A DNA stretch of 61,497 bases, taken from a virus. Lineage: Duplodnaviria > Caudoviricetes. The position numbers and the translations under genes are program-made. This document shows positions 36,557-44,871 of this stretch, piece after piece. Numbering within the stretch: the stretch's first letter is position 1; every line of letters begins with the position of its first letter. The stretch covers positions 1-61,497 of IMG/VR virus record IMGVR_UViG_3300008258_000001. One strand, written 5' to 3'. Under the pieces are notes generated by a model that worked only from the letters and a program-made list of their open reading frames with translations, did no database searches and was not told the origin of the DNA.

Positions 36557-36792
36557 CCCGCGACGACATCATCCGCATGGCGCGAGAGGCTGGCGGAGGC
36601 AGGGTATTTGACGCAATGGTGTTTGACCGCGACGAATATCTTGAACGCTTCGCCGCCCTTGTCGCCGACTACGTCAGAGCGCAGTACCCCGACCGCGAGG
36701 CGCTGGAGCAGCAGTACCAAGCAGGCTGCGGCCACTGTAATCACCCCTTGTACGCAGGCATCAAGTGCGGCGTGTGCGGGAAGTCATCATGA
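36553..36792 (+). CDS. Modular mini-protein with C-terminal Zn finger (DDIIRMAREAG...CGHC...CGVC)
   Basis: GTG within the linker. Confidence 0.75.
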   Translation: MTRDDIIRMAREAGGGRVFDAMVFDRDEYLERFAALVADYVRAQYPDREALEQQYQAGCGHCNHPLYAGIKCGVCGKSS

Positions 36793-36980
36793 GCGAGAAC
36801 CGCAACATGCCAGCCGCATCAGGCGAGGTTTATTGGCGCGAGCCGCAAGACGAATCGCCACCCAGAGGAGTGAAACTGCTCATCCTCACATCCGGTGGTG
36901 TCGCGGTTTTTGGTGATTGGATGGACGATTCAAACTTCGTGGCGTGGTCGCCGCTGCCAAAGAGGAGAGGTAAAAGATGA
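36789..36980 (+). CDS. DUF551-like small protein (63 aa)
   Basis: PPRGVKLLILT.GG...AWSPLPKR. Confidence 0.65.
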   Translation: MSENRNMPAASGEVYWREPQDESPPRGVKLLILTSGGVAVFGDWMDDSNFVAWSPLPKRRGKR

Positions 36981-37147
36981 GCATCACAGACAAACTTGTT
37001 TTAGTAATTCTCGCTGTAGCCGTGGCGGTCGTCGTCGCCCTCATTCCACGAGCGCCGAGCGATCCGTGTGGTGTGGCTGAGTTTGCACCTGACGTACCGC
37101 AACACATTAAAGAGCAGTGCCGTCAACACCCGAGGATCAAAACATGA
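36977..37147 (+). CDS. Small membrane-anchored protein (56 aa, TM + C..AEFAPD.P...KEQCR); not in ORF track
   Basis: GAGG RBS; ATGA coupling on both ends. Confidence 0.65.
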   Translation: MSITDKLVLVILAVAVAVVVALIPRAPSDPCGVAEFAPDVPQHIKEQCRQHPRIKT

Positions 37148-37308
37148 AAATCATTGGACACCCGGTTGAGTTTGACATCGCCCACGAGCCACCTGATGCG
37201 CCAGAGAAACGAAAGCCGCTCACGGACGAAGAAATCAGTATCCTGTGGCATGAGTCGGGCGGTCAGCCATTCAAGTTTGCAAGGATGATTGAGGAGTCGG
37301 TGGGGTGA
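37144..37308 (+). CDS. Mini-protein with PLTDEEI...FAR.IE module (54 aa)
   Basis: ATGA coupling. Confidence 0.65.
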   Translation: MKIIGHPVEFDIAHEPPDAPEKRKPLTDEEISILWHESGGQPFKFARMIEESVG

Positions 37309-37667
37309 ACAAACACAACTCGTGGGAGCGGATTCTCACCGCGCTTTCAGAACCTATGACGTACCACAGGCTCGCCACGTTTGTTCATCTTCATCCCCGC
37401 ACCGTTGCCCGTATTCTCAGGGACATGGAGCAGGAGAAGTTTGTTCACATTGCGCGGTGGGAGCATTGCAGTGTGCAGGGCCCGATGGCTGCCGTGTACA
37501 AAAAAGGAAACGGTCAATCAGTACCTCGGCCACGCGCCATGACTTCAGCAGAGAAGGCTCGAAAGAGCCGCGCCAACATGGACCCACGCAAGAAAGAATC
37601 TGTGATGGCCCGTCGGCGCAAGGTCAAGCCAGACTTTGCAGCCAGTTGGTTGTTTGGAGAAAGATGA
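37305..37667 (+). CDS. Winged-HTH DNA-binding protein
   Basis: MTYHRLATFVHLHPRTVARILRDM...VHIARW. Confidence 0.65.
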   Translation: MNKHNSWERILTALSEPMTYHRLATFVHLHPRTVARILRDMEQEKFVHIARWEHCSVQGPMAAVYKKGNGQSVPRPRAMTSAEKARKSRANMDPRKKESVMARRRKVKPDFAASWLFGER

Positions 37668-37840
37668 TGAGCGCATGTCCACAGCCTGAGTGCCGCAGTT
37701 TTCAGTCGCGCGTACTGGAGACCCGTAAGCAGGACAACGGCTGGATTAAGCGAAGAAGGCTTTGCCCGTGCAGCCGCATCTGGTGGACGTTCGAGATCGC
37801 TGAACAAGACCTCATACAAAACGAAGAAAGTCAGGAATGA
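37664..37840 (+). CDS. NrdR-like zinc-ribbon protein (58 aa)
   Basis: CPQPEC...SRVLETR...KRRRLCPC...WTFE. Confidence 0.65.
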   Translation: MMSACPQPECRSFQSRVLETRKQDNGWIKRRRLCPCSRIWWTFEIAEQDLIQNEESQE

Positions 37841-38031
37841 AATGTCAGAAATGCCAGCAGTGGATGAAGGCCGTGAAGGTGAAGCAAAGCCGAAACGGAG
37901 GGTTAAGGGTTCTGCACGAGTGCGAGCAGGGCCATCAATCAGTGGAGTTAAAACCAAACGAAAGCCGGGATGGCCCTTCCTCTACTACGAGGAGAACGGA
38001 GTCCTCTACTACAACCCGGCACCCAGAGTGA
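37837..38031 (+). CDS. Zinc-ribbon small protein (overlaps alternative ORF 37842..38078)
   Basis: MKCQKC...ECEQGH; ATGA coupling. Confidence 0.5.
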   Translation: MKCQKCQQWMKAVKVKQSRNGGLRVLHECEQGHQSVELKPNESRDGPSSTTRRTESSTTTRHPE

Positions 38032-38086
38032 CCAAACAAAAACAACAAGCGACTGACTTCGAGCCAGCGCTGTTCTAGGGGTAAGC

Positions 38087-40033
38087 ATGAGACTGTGTGT
38101 AATTGACTTCGAGACGTATTGGACCAAGGAGCACTCGCTCTCCAAGATGTCTCCACTGGCGTACGTTGTACATCCTGACACTGATGTCATTTCGTGCGCC
38201 ATCAAGATCGACGACGGGCCGACGAAGGTTGTGTTCGGCGAGGACAAGATCCGCGATCTGTTGAACCTGATGGACTGGTCTGATGTCATGGTTGTCGCGC
38301 ACAACATGAGCGGGTTCGATGCGCTCATCCTCGCGTGGCGGTTTGGAGTGAAGCCAAAGATGTGGGGCTGCACACTGGCTATGGCGCGGCCCATCCACTC
38401 GATCACGGTCGGCGGTTCATTGGGTAAACTGGTGGCGCACTACGGGCTAGGCGTCAAAGACAACACCGTCCTCGTGCAGACGCAGGGCAAGCGCATCAAA
38501 GACTTCACGCCCGACGAACTGTCCGCCATGGAGCAGTACAACAAGGCCGACACAGATCAGTGCGCGGCGCTGTTCCACAAGCTAAAGAAGCAATACACAG
38601 CCAAGGAGTTGTGGCATATCGACGCGACTATCCGCATGCTGGTCGAGCCGAAGTTCAAGGTGGATGTGGCAGTCCTTGAAGCGGCGGCGGCAATCGAGCG
38701 GTCTACCAAGCGTCAGTCACTGCTTGACCTGTACCAGATGTTGCAGTCCCCGCTGGACATGGAAGATGACCCACTGGGAAATGTTGGGTTTGATCCAGAG
38801 GAGTTCGTGCGCGAGCAGATGGCGTCAGCCCCGAAGTTCGCTGCGCTGTTGGAGAAGCGTGGCGTGCCGGTGCCAATGAAGCCCTCCCCCACCAACCCGG
38901 AGAAGATGACGCCGGCGCTCGCCAAGACAGACGAGGCGTTCCTCAAGCTACAGGAGCACAAGGACCCCATCGTGGCAGCGGCTGCGCGTGTTCGCGTGGC
39001 GGTCAAATCCACACTGCTTGAGACACGCATCGCTGCGTTCTTGGAGGCGAGCCGGTGCGCCAAGGGGTTCCTCCCTATCCCTCTGCATTACTGCGGAGCC
39101 GCGACGACCGGCCGCTGGTCGGGCTGGCTGTTCAACCCACAGAACTTGCCGCGCGTGCCGCGAGACAAGAGCGGCAACATCATCGTCAAGCCAACCAACT
39201 CGCTGCGGACCTGCATGCGTGCACTCAAGGGGCACAAAGTTGTGGTGGCTGACCTCTCCGGTATTGAGTTGCGGGTCAACCACTTCCTATGGAAAGTGCC
39301 GTCCTCCATGCGTCTGTTCCAAGACGACCCGGCCAAGGCCGACTTGTACAAGGACTTCGCCTCTCGCCTGTACAACGTGGACATGGAGGAAGTGACCAAG
39401 GACCAACGGCAGATCGGAAAGATCGCTCACCTCGGGCTTGGGTTTGGCGCAGGGCCGTCGACCTTCCAACGCATCGCCAAAATCATGGGCGGGGTGGACA
39501 TGCCCGAGTCCGAGGCAATGTCGGTGACCTACCGCTGGCGTGAGGAGTACGCACCAATCGTTGAGGGGTGGAAGCGGTGCCACAGCACGCTGACTTCTAT
39601 CCTAATGGGCGACAAGGTGCAGATCGACGATTGGGGCCTGTGCCACACGGAAGCCAACGCCATCGTGCTACCGAGCGGGCGGCGCATCCGCTACCCGAGT
39701 CTGGTCAAGGACACCGTTGGCGGTAAGAGCGAATGGTTCTACGGAGAAGGCAGACATCGTGCCCGCATCTACGCAGGGAAGATTGACGAGAACATCGTTC
39801 AGGCTTTGGCACGCGACGTGATAGCTGATTGCGCTGTCGAGATGTTCCGGCGAACCAAGTTGCGCCCCGCGCACACCGTCCACGACGAGTTGGTTTACGT
39901 AGTCCCTGAATCAGACGCACAAAGTGTGCTGGACGAGGTTCAGTCCATAATGAGAACACCGCCTCAGTGGTGGCCCGAATTAGTGACGTGGAGTGAAGGC
40001 GACATTGCTGGCACTTACGGACACGCCAAGTAA
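38087..40033 (+). CDS. polA: DNA polymerase family A with 3'-5' exonuclease
   Basis: Exo motifs IDFETY, AHN..FD, YN.AD; TTGRWS, NPQNLPR; motif A ADLSGIELR, motif B RQIGKIAHLGLGFG, motif C TVHDELV. Confidence 0.95.
   Translation: MRLCVIDFETYWTKEHSLSKMSPLAYVVHPDTDVISCAIKIDDGPTKVVFGEDKIRDLLNLMDWSDVMVVAHNMSGFDALILAWRFGVKPKMWGCTLAMARPIHSITVGGSLGKLVAHYGLGVKDNTVLVQTQGKRIKDFTPDELSAMEQYNKADTDQCAALFHKLKKQYTAKELWHIDATIRMLVEPKFKVDVAVLEAAAAIERSTKRQSLLDLYQMLQSPLDMEDDPLGNVGFDPEEFVREQMASAPKFAALLEKRGVPVPMKPSPTNPEKMTPALAKTDEAFLKLQEHKDPIVAAAARVRVAVKSTLLETRIAAFLEASRCAKGFLPIPLHYCGAATTGRWSGWLFNPQNLPRVPRDKSGNIIVKPTNSLRTCMRALKGHKVVVADLSGIELRVNHFLWKVPSSMRLFQDDPAKADLYKDFASRLYNVDMEEVTKDQRQIGKIAHLGLGFGAGPSTFQRIAKIMGGVDMPESEAMSVTYRWREEYAPIVEGWKRCHSTLTSILMGDKVQIDDWGLCHTEANAIVLPSGRRIRYPSLVKDTVGGKSEWFYGEGRHRARIYAGKIDENIVQALARDVIADCAVEMFRRTKLRPAHTVHDELVYVVPESDAQSVLDEVQSIMRTPPQWWPELVTWSEGDIAGTYGHAK
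38168..38197. promoter_or_regulatory. Degenerate copy 8 of the 30-bp site, inside the 5' end of polA
   Basis: GTACATCCTGAC-ACTGAT-GTCATTTCGTGC (left arm identical to copy 6). Confidence 0.5.
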
Positions 40034-40048
40034 CCCAAGGAGAGATGT

Positions 40049-40366
40049 ATGCAAACCAAGCAACGCGGCCGTCCACCCAAGGCCCAACCCGAGCAACCCA
40101 GTGTTCTGCAAGAGGCGCACACAATTATTTACGGGGAGCGTGAGAAAACTTACGGCGCGCCCGGTAAGAACCTAGAGACGATCGCTGCATTCTGGACGAA
40201 CTTCCTCGGGGCTCGTGGACTGCTGTGTTCATCCTTGTCACCGGAGGACGTGGCGCACATGATGATTCTGCTGAAAGTTGCGCGGCTTGCCAACGACCCG
40301 TACCATCGGGATTCGCTTGTCGATGTCTGTGGCTACGCTGCGCTCTCCGAAAGGATCAACCTGTGA
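40049..40366 (+). CDS. DUF6378-like protein (putative nucleotide hydrolase-related)
   Basis: EA..IIYGEREKTYG.P..N...IAAFW...MMILLKVAR...HRDSLVD.CGYA. Confidence 0.75.
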   Translation: MQTKQRGRPPKAQPEQPSVLQEAHTIIYGEREKTYGAPGKNLETIAAFWTNFLGARGLLCSSLSPEDVAHMMILLKVARLANDPYHRDSLVDVCGYAALSERINL

Positions 40367-41034
40367 CAAACATGCCGGCTTGGAGTTACTCCAGCCTCAC
40401 CGCGTTTGAGACGTGCCCTCGGCGGTACTACCTGACCAAGATTGCAAGGACGGTCAAAGAGCCACCGACTGAGGCTACGACCCATGGCAACGAGGTCCAC
40501 ACGGCGTTCGAGAATGTGGTTGTAAAGAACCAGCCGCTCCCCGAGAAGTACGCGGAGTGGCAACCTCTCGCCATGCAGATCCAGAGTGCCAAGGGTAAAC
40601 GGGAAGCCGAGTTGAAGTTGTCTATCGACAAGTCTTTCCGTCCGGTGAAGTGGACCGACAAGTCGGCATGGTGTCGCGGTATCGTGGACCTGAACATCGA
40701 GAACGGAGACAAGTCATTGGCTCTGGACTACAAGACAGGCAAGCGAAAGCCAGCGAGCACACAGTTGATGCTGTTCGCGGCGCTGCTGTTTCACACGAAG
40801 CAGTATCTCCAATCAATCACAACAGGATTCCTGTGGTTGAAAGATCGCAAGATCGACAAGGAGAAGTTCGACCGCGATCAGATTGGCAGCATCTGGCAAG
40901 AGTTCATACCTCGCGTTCAACGCATGGAGAACGCGTACGACAAAGACAAGTGGATTCCTCAGCCGTCGGGCCTGTGCCGCGCGTGGTGTCCATGTACCGA
41001 GTGCGAGTTCAACGGAAAACGAGGGTCACGATGA
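40363..41034 (+). CDS. PD-(D/E)XK (Cas4/RecB-like) exonuclease
   Basis: WSYSSL..FETCPR, RGIVD, LDYKTGK, QL..FA, C-terminal LCRAWCPC..C. Confidence 0.85.
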   Translation: MTNMPAWSYSSLTAFETCPRRYYLTKIARTVKEPPTEATTHGNEVHTAFENVVVKNQPLPEKYAEWQPLAMQIQSAKGKREAELKLSIDKSFRPVKWTDKSAWCRGIVDLNIENGDKSLALDYKTGKRKPASTQLMLFAALLFHTKQYLQSITTGFLWLKDRKIDKEKFDRDQIGSIWQEFIPRVQRMENAYDKDKWIPQPSGLCRAWCPCTECEFNGKRGSR

Positions 41035-41297
41035 GCGACAAGAAAAGCTACAGCGACTACGATCTGAAGTATCAAGCAAGACCGGAGCAGGTCAAGAACC
41101 GCGTGGCGCGTAACGCCGCACGACGAGAAGCAATCAAGCAAGGAACAGTACGTAAGGGTGACGGCAAAGATGTCGCACACACGCACGCGCTCATCAACGG
41201 AGGCGGCAACCACAAAGGCAACGTCAAAGTGCAAGACGCCAGCGACAATCGCGGCTGGCGAAAAGGCCGTAAAGGCTACAGCGTTCCCAACAAATGA
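41031..41297 (+). CDS. HNH endonuclease-like protein (88 aa)
   Basis: RNAARR...KGDGKDVAHTHAL.NGG.N..GN......NR. Confidence 0.75.
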   Translation: MSDKKSYSDYDLKYQARPEQVKNRVARNAARREAIKQGTVRKGDGKDVAHTHALINGGGNHKGNVKVQDASDNRGWRKGRKGYSVPNK

Positions 41298-41482
41298 CTA
41301 CCGATCCCCGCAGTCTGACAGACGAGGAACTTCTGCGTGATGTCTACCTCGACAACCAAGCGACCGTCCGTGAGCGTGAGTTGATGCGTCGGCTTGAAGC
41401 CGCGCACGATTACATCTCCGAGATCGAGGAAATCTTGGTCGAACACAACATCGCAGAAATCCACATGGTGCCTCTCCAGTGA
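41294..41482 (+). CDS. Hypothetical protein (62 aa)
   Basis: Coupled ORF, LTDEELLR motif. Confidence 0.65.
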   Translation: MTTDPRSLTDEELLRDVYLDNQATVRERELMRRLEAAHDYISEIEEILVEHNIAEIHMVPLQ

Positions 41483-41793
41483 ACCGAACCTCATTTAGTA
41501 TCGTTGAACACGACGTGTTGCAGTGGGCTCGTGCTCGACAGATCATCCCCAATGCCAAGCCCTACACTCAGTTGCTCAAAGCGTTCAGTGAGATGGGCGA
41601 GTTGGCTGACGCCGAGATCAAAGGTCTTGATCACGACGTTGAAGATGCAGTTGGCGACGTGCTCGTGTGCCTCATCATCTACTGCCAGCTTAAAGACATG
41701 AACATGGTTGAATGCCTCCAGCTTGCGTACAACACCATCAAGGATCGCAAGGGAACCCTCACGCCGGAAGGCGTTTTCGTAAAGGAACAGTAA
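41479..41793 (+). CDS. mazG: MazG-like nucleotide pyrophosphohydrolase
   Basis: QLLKAFSEMGELADA...EDAVGDVLVCL...AYNTIKDRKG. Confidence 0.82.
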   Translation: MNRTSFSIVEHDVLQWARARQIIPNAKPYTQLLKAFSEMGELADAEIKGLDHDVEDAVGDVLVCLIIYCQLKDMNMVECLQLAYNTIKDRKGTLTPEGVFVKEQ

Positions 41794-42047
41794 TGGCTAA
41801 GACCGCAGCGTGGCAACGCAAGGAAGGCAAAGATCCTGATGGCGGGCTCAACGCTAAAGGGCGTGCCTCATACAACAAGGCTAACCCCGGCAAGCCGGGA
41901 CTCAAGGCCCCGCAACCCGAGGGCGGACCCCGACGCGATTCGTTCTGTGCGCGCATGGAGGGCATGAAGAAGAAGCTCACCAGCGCCAAGACCGCCAACG
42001 ATCCGAACAGCCGCATCAACAAGTCGCTCAAGGCGTGGAACTGCTGA
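41793..42047 (+). CDS. Small basic conserved phage protein (DUF6321-like, 84 aa)
   Basis: AWQRKEGK.P.GGLNAKGRASY...RRDSFCARM...DPNSRINKSLKAWNC. Confidence 0.75.
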   Translation: MAKTAAWQRKEGKDPDGGLNAKGRASYNKANPGKPGLKAPQPEGGPRRDSFCARMEGMKKKLTSAKTANDPNSRINKSLKAWNC

Positions 42048-42048
42048 C

Positions 42049-42201
42049 ATGAAAAAACCAGTGTGGGATCGTCCTGACCCGAGCAAGAAGGACAAGCCGT
42101 TGAGCCCGTCTCAGAAGGCGTCCGCGAAGGCAGCAGCGCAGCGCGCCGGCCGGCCGTATCCGAACCTCGTTGACAACATGCGGGCAGCGAGGAAGAAGTG
42201 A
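42049..42201 (+). CDS. Small basic protein (50 aa, MKKPVWD...AGRPYPNLVDNMRAARKK); not in ORF track
   Basis: Open frame between neighbours; recognisable RPYPNLVDN motif. Confidence 0.7.
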   Translation: MKKPVWDRPDPSKKDKPLSPSQKASAKAAAQRAGRPYPNLVDNMRAARKK

Positions 42202-42524
42202 CGCCAGAGGGTCGGGTCAAGGAGGCCATCAAGAAGTACCTTGCTGCCAAGGGAGTGTGGTTCGCTGGTAAGGCGGCCCCTCCCGTGGTGACAGGGTGGA
42301 TGTACATGCCCGTGACTAACGGCATGGGAGTGACAGGCATCCCCGACTTCTGCGGTATGTATAAAGGCCGGCCTCTGTACATCGAGACCAAGGCTGACGC
42401 ATCGAAAAAACCGACTGATAACCAGTTGCAGAGACACAAAGAAATCCGCGCCGCCGGCGGTGTTGTAATCGTCACACACAGCGCAGAGCATTTGGCCGAC
42501 GAGTTACACGCCAACGGCTTTTGA
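42198..42524 (+). CDS. VRR-NUC domain nuclease
   Basis: TPEGRVK, GIPDF, YIETKA, PT..Q......IRAAGG. Confidence 0.85.
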   Translation: MTPEGRVKEAIKKYLAAKGVWFAGKAAPPVVTGWMYMPVTNGMGVTGIPDFCGMYKGRPLYIETKADASKKPTDNQLQRHKEIRAAGGVVIVTHSAEHLADELHANGF

Positions 42525-42622
42525 TGTAGTATCGAGTTGAGTTTGGGGGTAGGCCGTTCGCCAACATAGTTTGGCCTACGGCCGGCTGTCTACGTCAGTC
42601 GACTGTAAACGTACTTAACAAT

Positions 42623-44185
42623 ATGATCATAAGCAAGAAACACCAAAAGGTGGTGATAAACAGTCGCCACCCGGAACGCATTACCACGGTCATACCGACC
42701 GCTAAGACGATCGAGTACAAGGGTCGCCCGCTGGTGGCTGTGCCGCATCGTCTGGATGAGACCAAGGTTCTGCGAAACATCGGCTACTCGGTGCCGTCGC
42801 CCGTGGCGTATTACTACATGTGGTCGGGGCGGTACAAACCGTTCGAGCACCAGCGCACAACCGTGGAGTTCCTGACCCTAAACCCTCGCGCATTCGTACT
42901 CAACCAGATCGGTACAGGCAAATCGTTGTCCGTGCTGTGGGCGTACGACTATCTACGCAGCGTGGGGCAAGCCAACAAGATGATCATCGTGTCACCGCTA
43001 TCCACGCTGGACCGCGTTTGGGCCGACGAGTTGTTCCGGCACTTCCCGCATCTGACGTACGTCGTGCTCCACGGGTCGGCGGCCAAGCGTAGGAAACTAC
43101 TGGCGCAAGACGTTGACGTGTACATCATCAACCACGATGGGGTGAAGATCCTTCTGCCCGAACTGATCGAGCGCACGGACATCAACGCAGTAACGATTGA
43201 CGAGCTTGCGGAGGCTAGGAACCAGCGCACTGAGCGATGGAAGGCCCTCGACTTTCTGGTGTCAAGTCGTAAGTGGGTGTGGGGCCTGACTGGCTCGCCC
43301 ACACCGAAAGCCCCTACCGATGCGTGGGCGCAGGTTCGTCTGATCGCTCCCGACCGCGTGCCGCGCTACTTCACCAAGTTCCGTGACATGGTGATGCGAC
43401 AGATCAACACGTTCAAGTGGGTGCCCAGAACCGAGGCGGCGCATCTGGTGAAGGAGGCGATGCAGCCGGCCATCCTGTTCAAGCGTGACGAGTGTATCGA
43501 CCTGCCGCCATGCACATTCAGCACCCGCACCGTAGCGATGAGCCCTGAGCAGAATCGAGCGTACCAAGACATGCTCAACCGTCTGCGCATGGAGTACGAA
43601 GGCGGCGAGGTGACAGCGGTCAACGAAGCGGTCAAGGTCATGAAGCTGATTCAGATCGCGTGCGGCGTGGCGTACACCACAGGTGGAACCAACGTGATCC
43701 TGCCTTCCCCAGAGCGCGTGGATGCCGTCAAGGACATCGTGCTGGAGGCAGACGGCAAAGTCATTGTCTATGTGCCGCTCACCGGCGGCCTGCACCGCAT
43801 CGCGGACGAGCTACGCAGGGAAGGCTACGAGGTCGGGGTGGTTCATGGCGAGACGCCAAAGAGCGAGCGAGATGCTGTGTTCTCAGCGTTTCAAAGCGGC
43901 CCGGATATGAAGGTTCTGGTGGCTCATCCGAAGTGCATGGCCCACGGACTGACGCTCACGGCGGCCAACGTCATCGTCTGGTACATCCCGACCAACGACT
44001 TCTCTGTGTACGAACAGGCGTGCGGCCGTATCGTGCGGCCCGGACAGAAGCGTCATCAACACATTATTCATTTAGAGGGCAGTAATGTGGAACGCCGGAT
44101 GTACAACAGGCTAGAGAACAAAGGTAGTGCGCAGGGAGTTTTGCTGGATTTGATCAAGAAGGATATGGAGGGGGTTGACAACTGA
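42623..44185 (+). CDS. SNF2-family (SF2) helicase
   Basis: GTGKS, IDELA, LTGSP, HGLTLTAA, QACGRIVRPGQ. Confidence 0.9.
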   Translation: MIISKKHQKVVINSRHPERITTVIPTAKTIEYKGRPLVAVPHRLDETKVLRNIGYSVPSPVAYYYMWSGRYKPFEHQRTTVEFLTLNPRAFVLNQIGTGKSLSVLWAYDYLRSVGQANKMIIVSPLSTLDRVWADELFRHFPHLTYVVLHGSAAKRRKLLAQDVDVYIINHDGVKILLPELIERTDINAVTIDELAEARNQRTERWKALDFLVSSRKWVWGLTGSPTPKAPTDAWAQVRLIAPDRVPRYFTKFRDMVMRQINTFKWVPRTEAAHLVKEAMQPAILFKRDECIDLPPCTFSTRTVAMSPEQNRAYQDMLNRLRMEYEGGEVTAVNEAVKVMKLIQIACGVAYTTGGTNVILPSPERVDAVKDIVLEADGKVIVYVPLTGGLHRIADELRREGYEVGVVHGETPKSERDAVFSAFQSGPDMKVLVAHPKCMAHGLTLTAANVIVWYIPTNDFSVYEQACGRIVRPGQKRHQHIIHLEGSNVERRMYNRLENKGSAQGVLLDLIKKDMEGVDN

Positions 44186-44203
44186 CTTTATATGTTCTAC
44201 ACT
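44175..44203 (+). promoter_or_regulatory. sigma70 promoter for the SSB unit
   Basis: TTGACA-N17-TACACT. Confidence 0.7.
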
Positions 44204-44234
44204 GTAGGTTCCTTAACAAAACAGGGGCAGCGTT

Positions 44235-44615
44235 GTGAAAGTGAGTGAGATTGTAGACCGCTATATCGCACTACGCGATAGGAAGGCGGAAATCAAAAAA
44301 GAGTACGACGAAAAAGTTTCCAAGATCGAAAAAGTTCTGGAAAAGATCGAGGCAGTGTTGCTGAAGCACTTCGAGGAAACCGGCGCTGAGTCCGTCAAGA
44401 CGGACGCTGGTACTGCATACAAGTCCCGGCGCACCAGTGCCACCGTGGCTGATTGGGATGCGTTCCTCGCTCATGTGCAGAAGAACGAGGCTTGGGAAAT
44501 GCTTGAACACCGCGCCGCCAAGAAGGCAGTCGAGGAGTACAAGAGCGCCAACGACGAGGTGCCTCCGGGCATCAACTGGTCGAGCGAAATCGTAGTCAAC
44601 ATCCGTAGGGGCTGA
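44235..44615 (+). CDS. Conserved coiled-coil replication-module protein (126 aa)
   Basis: YIALRD, SVKTDAGT, DWDAF, VPPGIN. Confidence 0.75.
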   Translation: MKVSEIVDRYIALRDRKAEIKKEYDEKVSKIEKVLEKIEAVLLKHFEETGAESVKTDAGTAYKSRRTSATVADWDAFLAHVQKNEAWEMLEHRAAKKAVEEYKSANDEVPPGINWSSEIVVNIRRG

Positions 44616-44616
44616 C

Positions 44617-44871
44617 ATGAATGTAGAGATTGACAGAGACAAGGTACAAGGCGTCCAGATCGAGGTCGGCCGTGTACTGAGTGGTAGGGGGTTCGCCATC
44701 CCTGAAGTGTTGTTTGGGTTGGCGGAGTTAATGGGCCGGACACTGGCTAACCAGACCGGCGGGACGATCATCGAGAAGATGGATGTTCTGAAAACCCTGA
44801 CTGACCATGCGGAGCGCACCGTCCGTATGGGTTGGATTGCAAACGGTGGTAACCAAGGAGGCTCGTTGTGA
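44617..44871 (+). CDS. Hypothetical protein (84 aa)
   Basis: Operon spacing; GTGA coupling to the next gene. Confidence 0.6.
   Translation: MNVEIDRDKVQGVQIEVGRVLSGRGFAIPEVLFGLAELMGRTLANQTGGTIIEKMDVLKTLTDHAERTVRMGWIANGGNQGGSL

Larger units (their letters stand above)
34330..36593 (+). repeat. Conserved inter-gene linker repeats AAGG(A/G)G-N6-9-(A/G)TGA and shared coding modules
   Basis: Linkers start at 34330, 34571, 34750, 35303, 35729, 36072, 36363, 36539; 35-nt near-identical repeat at 34350-34384 and 36559-36593. Confidence 0.8.
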
